Source: Lobosporangium transversale
Lineage: Eukaryota
Direction: 5' to 3'
NCBI RefSeq assembly: GCF_002105155.1
Contig: NW_019028996.1
Span: 310,001 to 374,000 of the forward strand
DNA length: 64,000 bases
The notes beneath the pieces were generated by a model, which was not told the origin of the DNA, made no database searches, and saw only the letters and a program-made list of their open reading frames with translations. Positions within the stretch are counted from its first letter, which is position 1. The number at the start of each line of letters is the position of its first letter. Made by a program: the position numbers and the translations under genes. Shown one piece after another: positions 49,924 through 62,678 of the stretch.

Positions 49924-52552
49924 TTCCAAATCGGTAATAAAGATTAATAATAATCAGCAATGTTAAAAGTGTTCATAATGCATATTGTATACATGTGCAC
50001 TTTTTTTTTTTTTTTTTTTTTTTTTGTCTATGAGACATTTACTATCCTAGTAGGAATGTGATGCGTGATATGCTACGAGGCTTTCCTATGCGGTCTCTTA
50101 CAGTTTGTCTGTCCTATTGTCATCATCATCTTGAGAGCTTGCTGGCTTTTTGTTTGTTGCTCTTTATTTATTTTTTTTATTTTATTTTATTTTATTTTTG
50201 TCCTAATGTTCCAGTTCGCTTCCTCTTCCCGGTCTGGTCTATTGACCTTCGTTTTTTTTTTTTTTACTTGCGCGGGAAAACGCAAAAAGATGAGATGATG
50301 GTCCACTTGGCTGAAAAAAAAAAAAAAATAAAAAAAAAAAGAAAAGTTGGCTTGAGCGCCACTGCCGCCGTGCGTCTTTGTTTTTATTCTTGTTGGAAAG
50401 CAGAGGGCTGAGGGAAAGGGAGTGGGAGGAAATTATCTACGATTAGAACCCCATTTTCAAATGCTTGAACATGGTCTATGCGGCTCTGCGCGTTTGTATT
50501 GCTTGTCTAGACTTTTTTTTTTTTTTTTTTTTTTTTCTAAAAAGAAAAAAAAAAACAACATATATATCTTAATGTCCTGTAATGAAAGTTAGTGTGGTGC
50601 AGTACTATTCTGAGCTCCTCCTTCTTGGTTCATTCCTTTGTTCTTTTCAAGGCATTAAAAAAGGAAAAAAAAAGAAAAGCTCGGCTCTTTGTCTAAGGAC
50701 GATTATCTACAGCTGTTTTCTTTTTGTTTCGGGTTTGGCTCGTTTTGATTGGTCATTTTTTTTTTTTTATCGTTTTCTCTCTTTTGTGGAGAAGACAGAC
50801 TATTTCAACCAAATAGACCAGAAATCTTGTTTGTCCACGTACAAAAGACCAAAAAGGTAGAACGAGCAAATATCAAAGGAGAAAAAAAAAAATGAATAAA
50901 AGAGACATGCTCTGATAGACAATAGACGATAGACAGAGAGACATTGACAGGGTCACATTCAGTAGAAAACAGAGTATATACAGCCAATTCGACTATGAAC
51001 AGAAAAGATGACGTTTATTTTTATTTATTTATTATCGACTTTAAATGACTCTTGACTCGAAAGAGCAAGGTCAGTGAGATAGAGGCAGATTGAGCAATTA
51101 GGACAGAATATTAAAAAAGAAAAAAAGAAAAAAAAAAAAAAGAAAAAGTGCGAAGCCTAGAGAGTGCGCAGACGGATTGATATGGGATGTGGATAAGAGA
51201 TTTGCAACGCCAATGGCAAAGGCAAATGCTAAAGAGAATGGGGACAGGACAAATGTTAGTATCAATGTCGATGTTAAATGGCGATTGCAGCGGCAATGGA
51301 CATATCCTGGCGGAGTATGGAAGGGCTTTGTTTAGCCGCCCTGTCCTCCAAGATGACCGAAGAACGAGGTAGTGTTAGTCAGACAGTCATTCAGTCACTC
51401 AGTCTGTCACGACCGCAACAACAAGTAGACAGGTCAAAACAACAACAGCAACAACGACAGCGACAGCAGCAACAGCAGCAGCAGCAGGCAAGCAAGACAA
51501 GCAAAAGCAAAGGCAATAGCAATAACAATAACAACTATAACAACAACAATCACTGTTTGAATGTTGAATGTGTGTATCTAAACAAACATAAACTAAAACA
51601 GTCAATAGTATTTAATAAATGGATTCGATAGAGTCGAATGTATATAAAAGATATATATATATGTATATAGTAATAGTAATAATAATATATATATACATAA
51701 AAAGTGATTTTCAATGCCATGTTATATATATATAATTAAAATGTATATATATATAATATATATATTTATATATATATTATATATATAACAAACGTATAGC
51801 TAAGATAAATAAAACAAACCAATAAAATAAAATAAAATAGAGTGCGTAAAATAGTAAATAGAGATATAGAGTGATTGAATACACAGACTATTGAGCCGCA
51901 TATACGAGACAATTGAATTCCTTACTATTCTGTCATTGGTGGAAGTATACAATGTGGCAATTCAATTAGGCCTCATTGAACTTTACGTGATTGAATTAGA
52001 TTGAGTATTTCTTTTATACTTTTTTGCACACTTTCTCACCCAATGCCCATCCACAACACACGCCATGTCCATGCTCATGATGAATTTGTTATTGAGGCCT
52101 CTTGTTCCCCCCATCCACACCCTCTCTCCGCAAGAAACAAAAAAAACAAAAAATGGTACAAAAGGACTTCCATTTCTCCTCCTTTCCTTTTCTTTTTCCC
52201 TTTCTCTTTTTTTTTTTTTTTTTTTTGTATTTCTCTCTCTATTCCTCATTAACAATTATTCTCTATTTCTCTACCATTCATCTTCAGATTCTTTCTCTCT
52301 TTCTCTCTTAATCTAGTCTGATCTGTCTTTTATTCGTAGCCTCTTTTTAAACTGTTTCATCTCAATCTCGTTACGTCTTCGATCTGTTTCTTATCACCTT
52401 TTGTCCTTTTCTACTGTTCCTGATTAACTGTCAAGGCAAAAACGAAGAAAAAAAAAATAATAATATAAAGGACACTAATTTACACACTATACCCAACTTA
52501 TCCCTTCCCCAGACACAAACATAATTTTCATACACATCTCCTTCATAATAAA

Positions 52553-54041
52553 ATGACTGTCTCTGCGCTTGCCTCTCCTGCACTCTCAGAATCATCCGTC
52601 GCTAATGCCAGCGACGTAGGATTTCATCACAAGGCACAGACCAACAAGGACCAGATCGAGCAGTCACATTCGATTACAGTCGCGTCTGCTCCTTCACCCG
52701 CTGCCTCTTGCTCGTCTTCTTCCTCTTCTCCCCAATTCCCTGTTCACCACAGCTTCACTCCCACAACCTCCCAACTCGACCAACAACATCATCACCTCCA
52801 AATCCTTGGCAATCACCCCGTCTCTCCCGTTGCCTGTACCTTCCTTGACTTGCCCGAGGACCCATTCACGCCTGCCCGGGCCAACATCCTCTTTGCAGAC
52901 TCTGAATATAATACCAAGCAGGACTATCAAGAATCCGTCTACGAGAACGAGACCTTCATGCCCTACTCGACTGCCCCCACTAGCGACGACTGCCAAGCTG
53001 CTCATGAGTATAGCAGCAGTGCTGCCTACTACTCACAGCAGCGTGTCAAGAACGAGCTCTCTGGCGAGCAGTTTGCAAACTCCATCTCCACAGTCCCTTC
53101 CACATATATGATGTCCATGGCCCGGTCCTTCTCTGACAGCCAGCTCTCAGATATGTGTGATTCCCCCACGACCATGACTTTTGATTCCTCCGCTTCCACC
53201 GCCGCTGCCGCCGCTGCGCTCACAAGCCAACTTGCCTTGAACCAGGCCACCGGTAGCATGTATCACTCCTCTCTCGGCTACACCACCAGCCAGGTCGTCT
53301 ATAACGATGATTATTACATGTCTGCTCAACAGCACAACCTATACTCCCAACAACAATCTCAGAATCAATATCATCAACACAGCTATTCTACCAGCCCACT
53401 TTCAAGCATTTCTGAAGACTTCCCCTTGTCCCCTCGCTCGCCCTTCTCCAGCAGCAGCATGTCCTCCACTACAACTTATCCACTTGCCAGGACATTGAGC
53501 GAACCCTCAATCCCATTCTTCCAGTCCATGAACTCTGCTTCGAATGGCTCGTCCAGCACCAATGGTACAACCACACCCATGATCAAGCCTACACCCAAGC
53601 GATCAAGGGGTCGTCGTGTGTCCTGCAATCCCGATAACTCTGGCTGCAAGGTCTTTACTTGCCGCTTTGAGGACTGTGGTAAGATCTTCAAGCGATCCGA
53701 GCATCTCAAACGCCATGTTCGCTCCATCCACACCATGGAAAAACGTAAGTCTTGCATTTCCATTTCCATTAGTTTCGTACTATATCAATGCGAAAAAAAA
53801 AAAAAAAAAAAAAAAATCACACATTGCTAAACATTATTTTATTTTATTTTATTTTTTAAAATATTTAGCATTTGAATGCCCTATCCAGAACTGCCCCAAG
53901 AGATTCTCAAGGAGCGACAATTTGAACCAGCATATCCGTATTCATCGCCACAATGGTCGCGGTGATAAGAACAAGACTTTTGCTGCATTCACGCCATTCC
54001 TTCAAAACTACAGCACTTCAGATCTTCTTTCGTTCTCATAA
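52553..54041 (+). CDS. C2H2 zinc-finger transcription factor, Msn2/Msn4/Seb1-like
   Basis: Long S/Q-rich N-terminus; FTCRFEDCGKIFKRSEHLKRHVRSIHTMEK|PFECPIQNCPKRFSRSDNLNQHIRIH; intron 53745-53868. Confidence 0.92.
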
Positions 54042-54482
54042 GAAACTGAAGGAGAAAGAAAAAAAAGAAAAAAAAAAAAAAGAAAAGAAAAAAATCCTGT
54101 TATTAGTTTTTAATTAGCGTCCCTATTATCCCTTCTACCTCCACCATGTATACTTAGCTCCGAATCTTGTATATATATTTCTATCTGTTACGTCTCCATC
54201 TCTTCAATAACTTGAACATTAGAGAGAATGGGATGTACAATGCCAAATACCACTTGAGACTAAGCACATGCTTTTCTCCTTAACTTTTTGTTGTCTATCC
54301 CTTAAATCCTTAAATTTAATAATATTTATAAAATAAAAAGACAAAAAAAAAAAGACTATTTTCTTTTCTTTTTTTTCGTCTCTTCTGATGATGTGAGTTG
54401 AAATAAATTAGCAACAGGAAGTAATCTGCAAATGTCCTTTAGTTTATCCGTATTGTCGTATTGTCAATGCCATATATGGCTT

Positions 54483-54513
<31 letters not shown>

Positions 54514-55006
54514 GGTTTGGATGGGAAAAAGGTATTGGTTGATCTACAACCGTGACAGACAAATCCTAGGTCCTAGAAAACACCAACGATTGTAATCACG
54601 TAATGATTTAGACTCCACAAAGGGCAGACTATCTTCCTGGGTGGTGTAGTCGAAATGGTTAGAGAGCCATGGCCAAAGATGTGTGACGGGACTTGGGCTT
54701 GAAGGGAAAGCTTTTGAGCCTGTGGGTATTTTTTGTGGAGAACAAAGGACAACAATTGGCCAAGGTCAGGTGCGCTCACTCTCCTTTCTAAAAAAAGAGC
54801 TTTTTTCTCGATGTCTCACGCCTCTGTCACTTCACTTTCACCTTTGCACTCACTCTTCGTCCTTGAACAAAACAAAACTCCTTCCCATCTTTCATCCCTC
54901 ATTCCATTACACATTCTTTTTCTTTTCTCTCTATTTAAGTCTTGCATCCTAATTTTCATTAATAAAACAAATAGTACACACTCCTGTCTTCTTTTCAATA
55001 AAAAGG

Positions 55007-55038
<32 letters not shown>

Positions 55039-55041
55039 TTC

Positions 55042-55456
55042 ATGGCACCTTCAGCGTCTTGGTCGACGGCTGCTACTGGCCTTCTTCGACAGACTGTCAG
55101 GCGGCAGCATCAGCCATTATTGTCATTACATCCAGCGCCCCTATCATTTATTCAGCCTCCGTTCTCGTCGGGGTTATCGCGGTCTTCACTATCGTATAAT
55201 TCAGTCCGCTGGGCTTCAATTGTCCCGTTCACTAGCCATGAACATGCGTGTTATTCACCCCCACCTCCGCCTATGACATCTGAGCAAGCTAAAGGATATC
55301 AACAACAAAAACAACGTCGGCAAGAACTTTTGATGGAGGAACAGATCGAATTAGAACAACGCCAACGGATGCGGCAGCAACAGGAACTTCAGTTAGAATT
55401 GGCTAAACATCGTAATGCCATTTTAGAACAACAACAAAGAGCTAAGCAGGAACAAG

Positions 55457-55496
<40 letters not shown>

Positions 55497-56256
55497 GCAG
55501 CAGCAAGAAGCTCTGCAAAAGAAGAAATGTGATGATAATAACGCTAATGAACAGCCTCAAGAAGGACTTCCAAAATCTCTGAATGAACACCAAGAGTCAG
55601 CTGAGCAATTTCAATATGAAACCGACGCCACCTCAAGACGCCAATATATTCCTGTACGACTTCGTTCCATGTTTGGGTACCACAGACCGGAAAGTACAGC
55701 TGAATCCGAGTTAACCCCTTCACTTCCTCCTACTATTAAGCGGACTCGATCCATGATACCAGCTGAGGAGAGAGTTCGTTTGACTTTGATGGACTATACG
55801 CCAAAGCAAATCGATGCCATGACAATTGAGCAAGCTAATGCCATCCTTGCATCATCATCCGTCAAGTTATCAACAAAGTTTGAACCTAATATCAAATCGG
55901 AGCAGAAGCAATTACAGGAGCAGGATTGTCACCAGCAAGAACAGCAGCAGCAGGATACAAAAAAAAACAAGGATGATCTCTTCGACTCCAAACAGCTGAT
56001 GAACCAAATTGGTGTAACATCGTCTTTATCTTCCGCATTGACGAACGAGTGTGAGGGTCAATTGCTGCACAGTCCCGCAATGCTTGTTGTATCTGATATC
56101 ATTCCTGTCACCGATACACAACCCTTATTACAACAGCAGAAGCAACAACAGCATGTTAAGGCTGCGACATCATCAACATCACCCAACCCACGGCGGCGGC
56201 GGTCTTCTGGAAACACTTCTAGAGGTTCTTCCTCCTCATCCTCATCGACTCTGTGA
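55042..56256 (+). CDS. Gln-rich hypothetical protein, possibly mitochondrial
   Basis: Single 404-aa ORF from ATG 55042 with an R/S/L-rich N-terminus, poly-Q tracts and one ordered-looking segment, IPAEERVRLTLMDYTPKQIDAMTIEQANAIL. Confidence 0.75.
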
Positions 56257-56441
56257 TAGCTATCGACCATTTTCTGACACTCCTTCAGGATCGTATATAG
56301 AGCCAATTGTATTGTTTTTAAATTTTAAAGATGTTATTATTTAATGTAACAGGATTTAATCTCTTTTTACTCTAAAGCAAGTTTGATTTATCCATTTCTC
56401 TTTTTTCGTTGTTTTTATTTTTGTTTTTATCTATTTATTTT

Positions 56442-57240
56442 TTATACCATATCCTCATCATCTTCACCAAAATCGAGGATATATCCACGCCCGCTTCTTT
56501 CAAAGCGTTTGCCATTACCAATGGGAGGGATCGGAAGCGGGAGTAGAGCTGTATACCATGGGTAATGACCACGAGGTCCAATATTGAACAGATCCTGAAA
56601 ATTGCCCACAATACCGAAATCATACATATTGGAAAAACTTTCGCCTCGTTTCTTGCAGATCTTTTTCATATAAGAATTGTTATATTGCTCCAAAGTCGTC
56701 TGCGCCGTCAATGCCTGTGTGTGTGTGTGTGTGTTATATATATATATATATATATATAAATTAAATAGAGTAATATAGAATGTATTAAAAAAAAGTAGAA
56801 GAAGCTCGGGAGAAAAGCATAAGATTATACAATTAAATAAATACACAAAAAGAGACTTACCAAGTACCAGTGCCAGCATGCCATGCCTCCAACAGCAAAA
56901 CCGATCGCCACCGCCAATACCTCTCCGAACGCTACAATAGATCGATCTAGCCAGTAAGGCCATGTGTTCTAAAAACAAGTAAAAGAAATGATTGTTAAAT
57001 CAGACAAACAAAAGGATTTGATAGCCTTTCTTTCCTATAGTAAATTATCCCAAAATAAAAATCCTGCTGCTTGCTTTCCTAACATACATTACTGTCCATG
57101 TCGGCTGCCAACATGAATGGTCCTGCGCCCATGATAACATAGTATATACAGGCGATTGACAGGTATGTCAAGAACATGAGAAAAAACCGATGGTTGAAGT
57201 GTCCGACGCAATTATGAATCCAAGGACAATGCTAGTGAGG

Positions 57241-57276
<36 letters not shown>

Positions 57277-57509
57277 AAACGTGAGTAAAAGAACTAGTTG
57301 AAAAAAAGTATAAAAAAAAAAAAAAAAAAAAGTTTCTTACATGATCATACTTGAGAACGCAGCGCTTGCAAACACTGCAGTGATGTGTACGCTCAGGTTT
57401 AGGAAGAAGGCCTTAGAAAATGAAATATGAATGTTGGAAGTGAAAAAGGTAATTAATGAATACATCATTTCCTTGACATAACCATCTTATTCTGATAGCC
57501 CAGCTCGAT

Positions 57510-57542
<33 letters not shown>

Positions 57543-58259
57543 CTTACATCGTTTGCATGTTGGCGGAGCCTCTGTATAAGCTATATATATAGAGAGAGGA
57601 TCATGTCAGCCGAGAATCCCCTTTTCTTGTCAACTGCACAATAAAGAAAATGGCAAATGATCATACTCTCCATCTGTTGAAGGACATCTTGGAACATTAC
57701 ATCTCCCTAAAAGAGGGAAAAAAAAAAAAAAAAAAAAAAAAAAAAGCAGTGTTAGTGGTCAGTGGTTAGTGGTTAATGGTAAGGCTATTTCGCTTTCCAC
57801 AGATAAACATTGATAGACGCTAGGATTAATCAATGTCACACTTACAGTACTAGAGATACCGTCAAGCACACTTCCTGGTGGTGTCCGGACTGCATAGTAA
57901 TAGTTTGCAGCGATTCCCCAGACTAGATAACAAGACCAGACAAAGTGGAGGATATATGCAAGGTTGTCTAGAATGCCTATGCTTCCTTCTTCGTCTTCGT
58001 TTTTCTTCCATGTATAGTGGAATGGTAATACAACAGTGAAGAAGCAAAAGATAACAATCGATAATAATAGAAATGCAACAACCAGGAGGACAGGCCCCAG
58101 GCCAGAAATGGCCACATCCGTCAGTTGTTCTATTCGTGCGGAGAGTGTAGGACGTCTTCGTAAGCGAGGTATTGTTGGTTTAGTATTGGTAGTGATGGGC
58201 TGCTCATCGTCCAAGGGTTCTGATGTTGCCAGCGGAGTAAATTCAATGTCATTTGACAT
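56442..58259 (-). CDS. DHHC palmitoyltransferase (ZDHHC16-like), multi-exon
   Basis: [66 protein letters not shown]. Confidence 0.93.
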
Positions 58260-59841
58260 GGTTGATTAGATGTAATTGAATGAACAAGAGGGAAAAAAAA
58301 AAAAAAAAAAAAAAGTATTGAGATAAACACTCAGTCCAGTTCTATATCTGATCCTGTATCCTTAAATGCTTCTTCCTGTAAAACTTCTCTGCTGTCCTGA
58401 TGCTGTAATGAAAAGAAAGAGAATGGAATTATTTGTTCAACTTGGGGTGGTGGTATATATTTTATCCTGATTGGGCTTTGCGGTTTGCACTCTGCACTTT
58501 ATTTCATGGGCATGTTATGATGTTATGTCAAGACATACGTAAACCAAACAAATACCAAGTTTGTCTGTTGTGATTTCGCCCTGATATTCATGATATTTCA
58601 TGCATTACAATGGCGTAGTTGAACAAAGCGTTTTTTCTGAAAACTCACAACAGGCAACTACGACTTTGTAAAGTGATAAAAATGAAAGAGGCGAGACAAG
58701 CAAGTAAGGGCTGTTGAGATTCTTTAACATCCTCTAGTTAGAGTATGTTTGCACGGAAGAAGGGCCATACCGAAGTTCAAGGCCCTGAAAATCAGTACAA
58801 AGAGGAAAGTCAGATGTAAAATAAAGTGTGTCAAGATAAACATATCCTTTTGTTTTCTCCTCTCCCCACAAGGGCTCAGCTATTTCTCATGAGGGCAAAT
58901 GCATGCAAGGGCCTAGAAGTGAAGTGGGGGGAGAGAGCCAACGATGTGTCAGCCGGGCATGATATGTTGCATTGGCAATAACAAAGAAGAAAAGCACATT
59001 TTTCCTTGGACAATCAATCAGGATTTGACAGTCTTTTGCTGTGTTACCATGGAGGCAAAATTTTGCCTGAATAAAGGCAATAATAGGACATGCAGAAAGA
59101 ACGAATCGAATTCGATTTGAGGACACGAACTTGTAAAGACAGAGACAGAGAGACAATCCACAGAGCATCGAACACAGAAACACAGAACACAGAACAGGAG
59201 AGCCTGGCATTAATATTGCAGATTGCAACCAGAGAATGCATTGCACTCAATATTTATTTTCTGTCGATTTTGTCCATGCTCTTTTATTTTATTTTTTTTT
59301 TTTTTTGAAAACATTGCCCATGGATACACTCTGAAAAGAATGAATGAGTTAGTTTGGGGTGAAGGAAGGGGGGAATGTGAAAAAAAAAAAAAAAAAAAAA
59401 AAAAGAGGATTGTTTACAGTTCTATTTTACCTTCTCTTTTCTCTCATTCTCTTTCTTGCCTTTCATTCTCTTGCTCGCCTCAATTGCTCCTTCTCATTCA
59501 TACTCCCAACTCATTTCTTTCTCTGTCTCCCTTCCTCAAAATACGCATCACTAAGTTCCGTTTTTGTCTGTTATTAGCAGGCTCATTAGCCACCTGTCTT
59601 CCTGTTTTTTGACATTCTCCACATCAACATCCCTCTGTGCTTTTTGTTTCATTCAAATAACATATTTTGAACTTCTCATTCTGTTCCTGCAGCTGCACTG
59701 CGGTCTCTAATACGTTTAGCGCACACAGCCACCTAATTTGCCCACCTCCAAAAGCATTTTCAGAACACTTCACTCCATATCCTCTCTCCGTCCTACAGGA
59801 CAATCCAAATAAAGCAAGGAAAAAAAAAAAAAAAAACGCTG

Positions 59842-61332
59842 ATGACCAGCCATCCCAAGTCTGGATGGAGGCTTACTGTCGGGCCTCAATGGTCTTCTGT
59901 TAAGCGTACAGGGCCGGGATCGAGTCCAGCGCCTGGAATGCAGCAGGGCTTTCACTCATCCTACCTTAATGCCATCTCTTCGTCAAATACTAACTCTTCT
60001 ACCCAGCAGCAGCAACAACAACAACGACTACAGTCAACGACTTCCGTAAAAGACAGTGACAGCGACTCTTCTCCCACCAATCGCTTGATCGAGCATCAAA
60101 GAGCACTCCAGCAATTCCATGAAAATCAACGTCAACAACAGCTATATCTAGAGCAGTTGGAGTTGATGCAGCGCCTACAGGCCATGCCTGGCAGCACCAC
60201 TAGGCCATGGTATCCTACTTTTGGGCCAGCAATCACGACCTCATGTACCGATAGCACAATCCAACTCGACAATCCTAATCAGTTTACATTAATCAATAAC
60301 TCAAAGTTCAACCGACACGCTGTCGGCCCACATTGGCGATCGATCCAAAATACAACTGCATACTCTCCTAAACCCTCACCTCCTTCCTCATCCCCACACT
60401 CGCAAACTCCTATTGTCTCGTCACCATCCTCTACATCCAATAACAATATCTCAACTACAGCAGCCCTTCACGCCTACTTATCCGCCAACTATTCTTCCCC
60501 AGCTTCTATTGATCACGCTCGAGCCACCTCCTTTCATCAACAAGATCAAGAGATGAACGCCATTACATCCGAGGATCAAGATGGGCAGTTACCATACTCG
60601 TCTCAACATCCAACGGCCCAACGTCAATATTACCTCTCACACTCCTACCCCCATGATCCACGTCATCACTTGCTGCTCAATAGCACGCAGCCAAGTAGTT
60701 CAAGAGAGGCTCGTGAGACTCTTCCTTTGACCAATCGAGCATCACCCGTACATGCTTCAATTCCCTCCTTCTTATCCTCCTCTTCCTCACTTTGCAGCAA
60801 ACCTTCCCAACTTTCTTATTCAACCCAGTTACCTCAGCCTAGACAGAACTCCAAGCGAAAGGCAGTATGGGACGATGATGATGAGGACGAGGATGAAGGT
60901 GTGAATGAAAGCAATGGGGGTGCTAACCACAATGATGATAAAAATGATGAAGGTATGCACGGTCAAACTCCAGTTCAGTACTTCATACCAGTTGCCATGG
61001 CAACAGGCCAAGGCTCTCAATTGCAATCTACTTCAATTGCTCATCAATATCAAGACTTTGATCAAGAAATGGACAGTACAGAGTCATCTAGTCCAATAGT
61101 CATGGACACGACAATATCAACAACAGTGACAACAACGACGCTGGGTACAGAACAGGATGATATGGGGATTATGACTATTGGAGCCAGTGGTAGCTCAAAT
61201 GAGGTGCAAAAAAGTTCCAATCCCAAGCGGTCAAAGCAGCGACTAACTCAGCATGTGTATGACAGCAAAGGGGAGCAGGTCCAAGATCTGATGAAAGAAT
61301 GCTTTTTTAATGCGGCAGCCTCTTCAAGATGA
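59842..61332 (+). CDS. Low-complexity S/Q-rich hypothetical protein
   Basis: 496-aa ORF; SKRKA and PKRSK basic patches; no recognisable domain. Confidence 0.75.
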   Translation: MTSHPKSGWRLTVGPQWSSVKRTGPGSSPAPGMQQGFHSSYLNAISSSNTNSSTQQQQQQQRLQSTTSVKDSDSDSSPTNRLIEHQRALQQFHENQRQQQLYLEQLELMQRLQAMPGSTTRPWYPTFGPAITTSCTDSTIQLDNPNQFTLINNSKFNRHAVGPHWRSIQNTTAYSPKPSPPSSSPHSQTPIVSSPSSTSNNNISTTAALHAYLSANYSSPASIDHARATSFHQQDQEMNAITSEDQDGQLPYSSQHPTAQRQYYLSHSYPHDPRHHLLLNSTQPSSSREARETLPLTNRASPVHASIPSFLSSSSSLCSKPSQLSYSTQLPQPRQNSKRKAVWDDDDEDEDEGVNESNGGANHNDDKNDEGMHGQTPVQYFIPVAMATGQGSQLQSTSIAHQYQDFDQEMDSTESSSPIVMDTTISTTVTTTTLGTEQDDMGIMTIGASGSSNEVQKSSNPKRSKQRLTQHVYDSKGEQVQDLMKECFFNAAASSR

Positions 61333-61577
61333 TCAAATGACATGTCTACTTTTTATTATATTACCCTTTTCTCTCTTTCTCTCTTCCTCTGCTGGCAATG
61401 TACAGTTTCTTTGTAGATTAGTTTCTATAATGTTATTTATTTCTTTATAAAAGAAAAGAGAGATGGAATGAGCTTGTGCTGCGTTACGAGCCATAGCATG
61501 GCTGTGCGATATGATATGAGTTATTAGCAGAAGCCACAATCTGGACGCGGGTTAGAAAAAGAAGAAAAAAGGTGCAA

Positions 61578-61848
61578 ACGCGTACCAAAGGAAGGATTAA
61601 GAAGGTGAAGTGACGCGTTGCATGGTAAAATTGAATTAAAGTAAGTTAATAGACGGCTACTTAATAAGCATTTCAAATAACTGAAACGGTGCGACGATTA
61701 AAAACGAACGAAATAAGGTAAATAAATAAATAAGATTCGTTAAAAAGTAAACAACGCGTCAACTGGCTCTACAGAAATCTACATGCTAGCTTATCTACAA
61801 CCGTTTTTACTTAATTACAAAGGCGAGGAAGAAACGACATGGACGCGT
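61578..61848. promoter_or_regulatory. Four MCB elements (ACGCGT) upstream of RNR1
   Basis: ACGCGT at 61578, 61613, 61754 and 61843, plus ACGCGG at ~61545. Confidence 0.75.
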
Positions 61849-62021
61849 TGTATTTTGGTTATTTAATTTGTCCTTATATAGTCATCATTAATCCTCCTCT
61901 GTCTCTTTTCTTCTCTCTCTTTCTTCTCCTTCCCTCACTCCTCCCCTTTCATTCCCTCCTGCTGGATACCTGTAACCACAGAGATACCCTAAACTCGATC
62001 TAACCCTACTCCTTTATTCTA

Positions 62022-62640
62022 ATGTTTGTCTACAAGCGTGGTAAGAACACTCTTATCCCTAGTTGATTATAAAGCTGAACCTAACATAAAAAATTCCATG
62101 ACTGAAATTAATCTCTTACATATCCATCCACATATTCATCCCTCTAATGCCCTCTATCCTTATGCTCTTCGAAAGACGGTAAGGGACCTCATGAGAAAGA
62201 CGAAAGCCGCAGTACTTGAATGAATCGAGCAAAGTGATATTAGATGACTAATCGAGTGATACCTTTACCGATATCTATCTTTTCCCTTTATTCTTTTATG
62301 TATAAAACAGGTCGACAAGAGCGAGTCGAGTTTGACAAGATTACTTCACGTCTTCTCAAACTTTGCTATGGCCTTGATATGAACTACATTGACCCTGTCC
62401 TGATCACTCAAAAGGTAAATAAATATATAAAAAAGCTTACCTCGGCCTGATCCCACCTGATCAAATACAAAATACAAATCAGTTACTATAGTGCTTTTCA
62501 TCTATCACTTCATTGACTCATCTATTTTCTCCTTGTTATCTTCTCCCCTCCACTAGGTTATCTCCGGCGTGCATCTGGGTATCACAACAGTTGAGCTCGA
62601 CAATCTCGCAGCAGAAACTGTAAGTTACCTTTAAAAGATG

Positions 62641-62678
<38 letters not shown>

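Noticed and set aside
33777..52552. The many 60-130-aa ORFs in the desert; also a possible centromere
   Set aside because: The ORFs are poly-K/poly-F products of homopolymer runs with no domain signal; no retroelement cluster or satellite supports a centromere.
54639..54720. tRNA-like 5' end GGTGGTGTAGTCGAAATGGTTAG
   Set aside because: No T-arm/B-box (GTTCRA) and no acceptor-stem complement downstream.
54733..55041. N-terminal extension of the 507-aa ORF
   Set aside because: Starts at a non-ATG codon and reads through pyrimidine-rich leader and poly(A); ATG 55042 is the plausible start.
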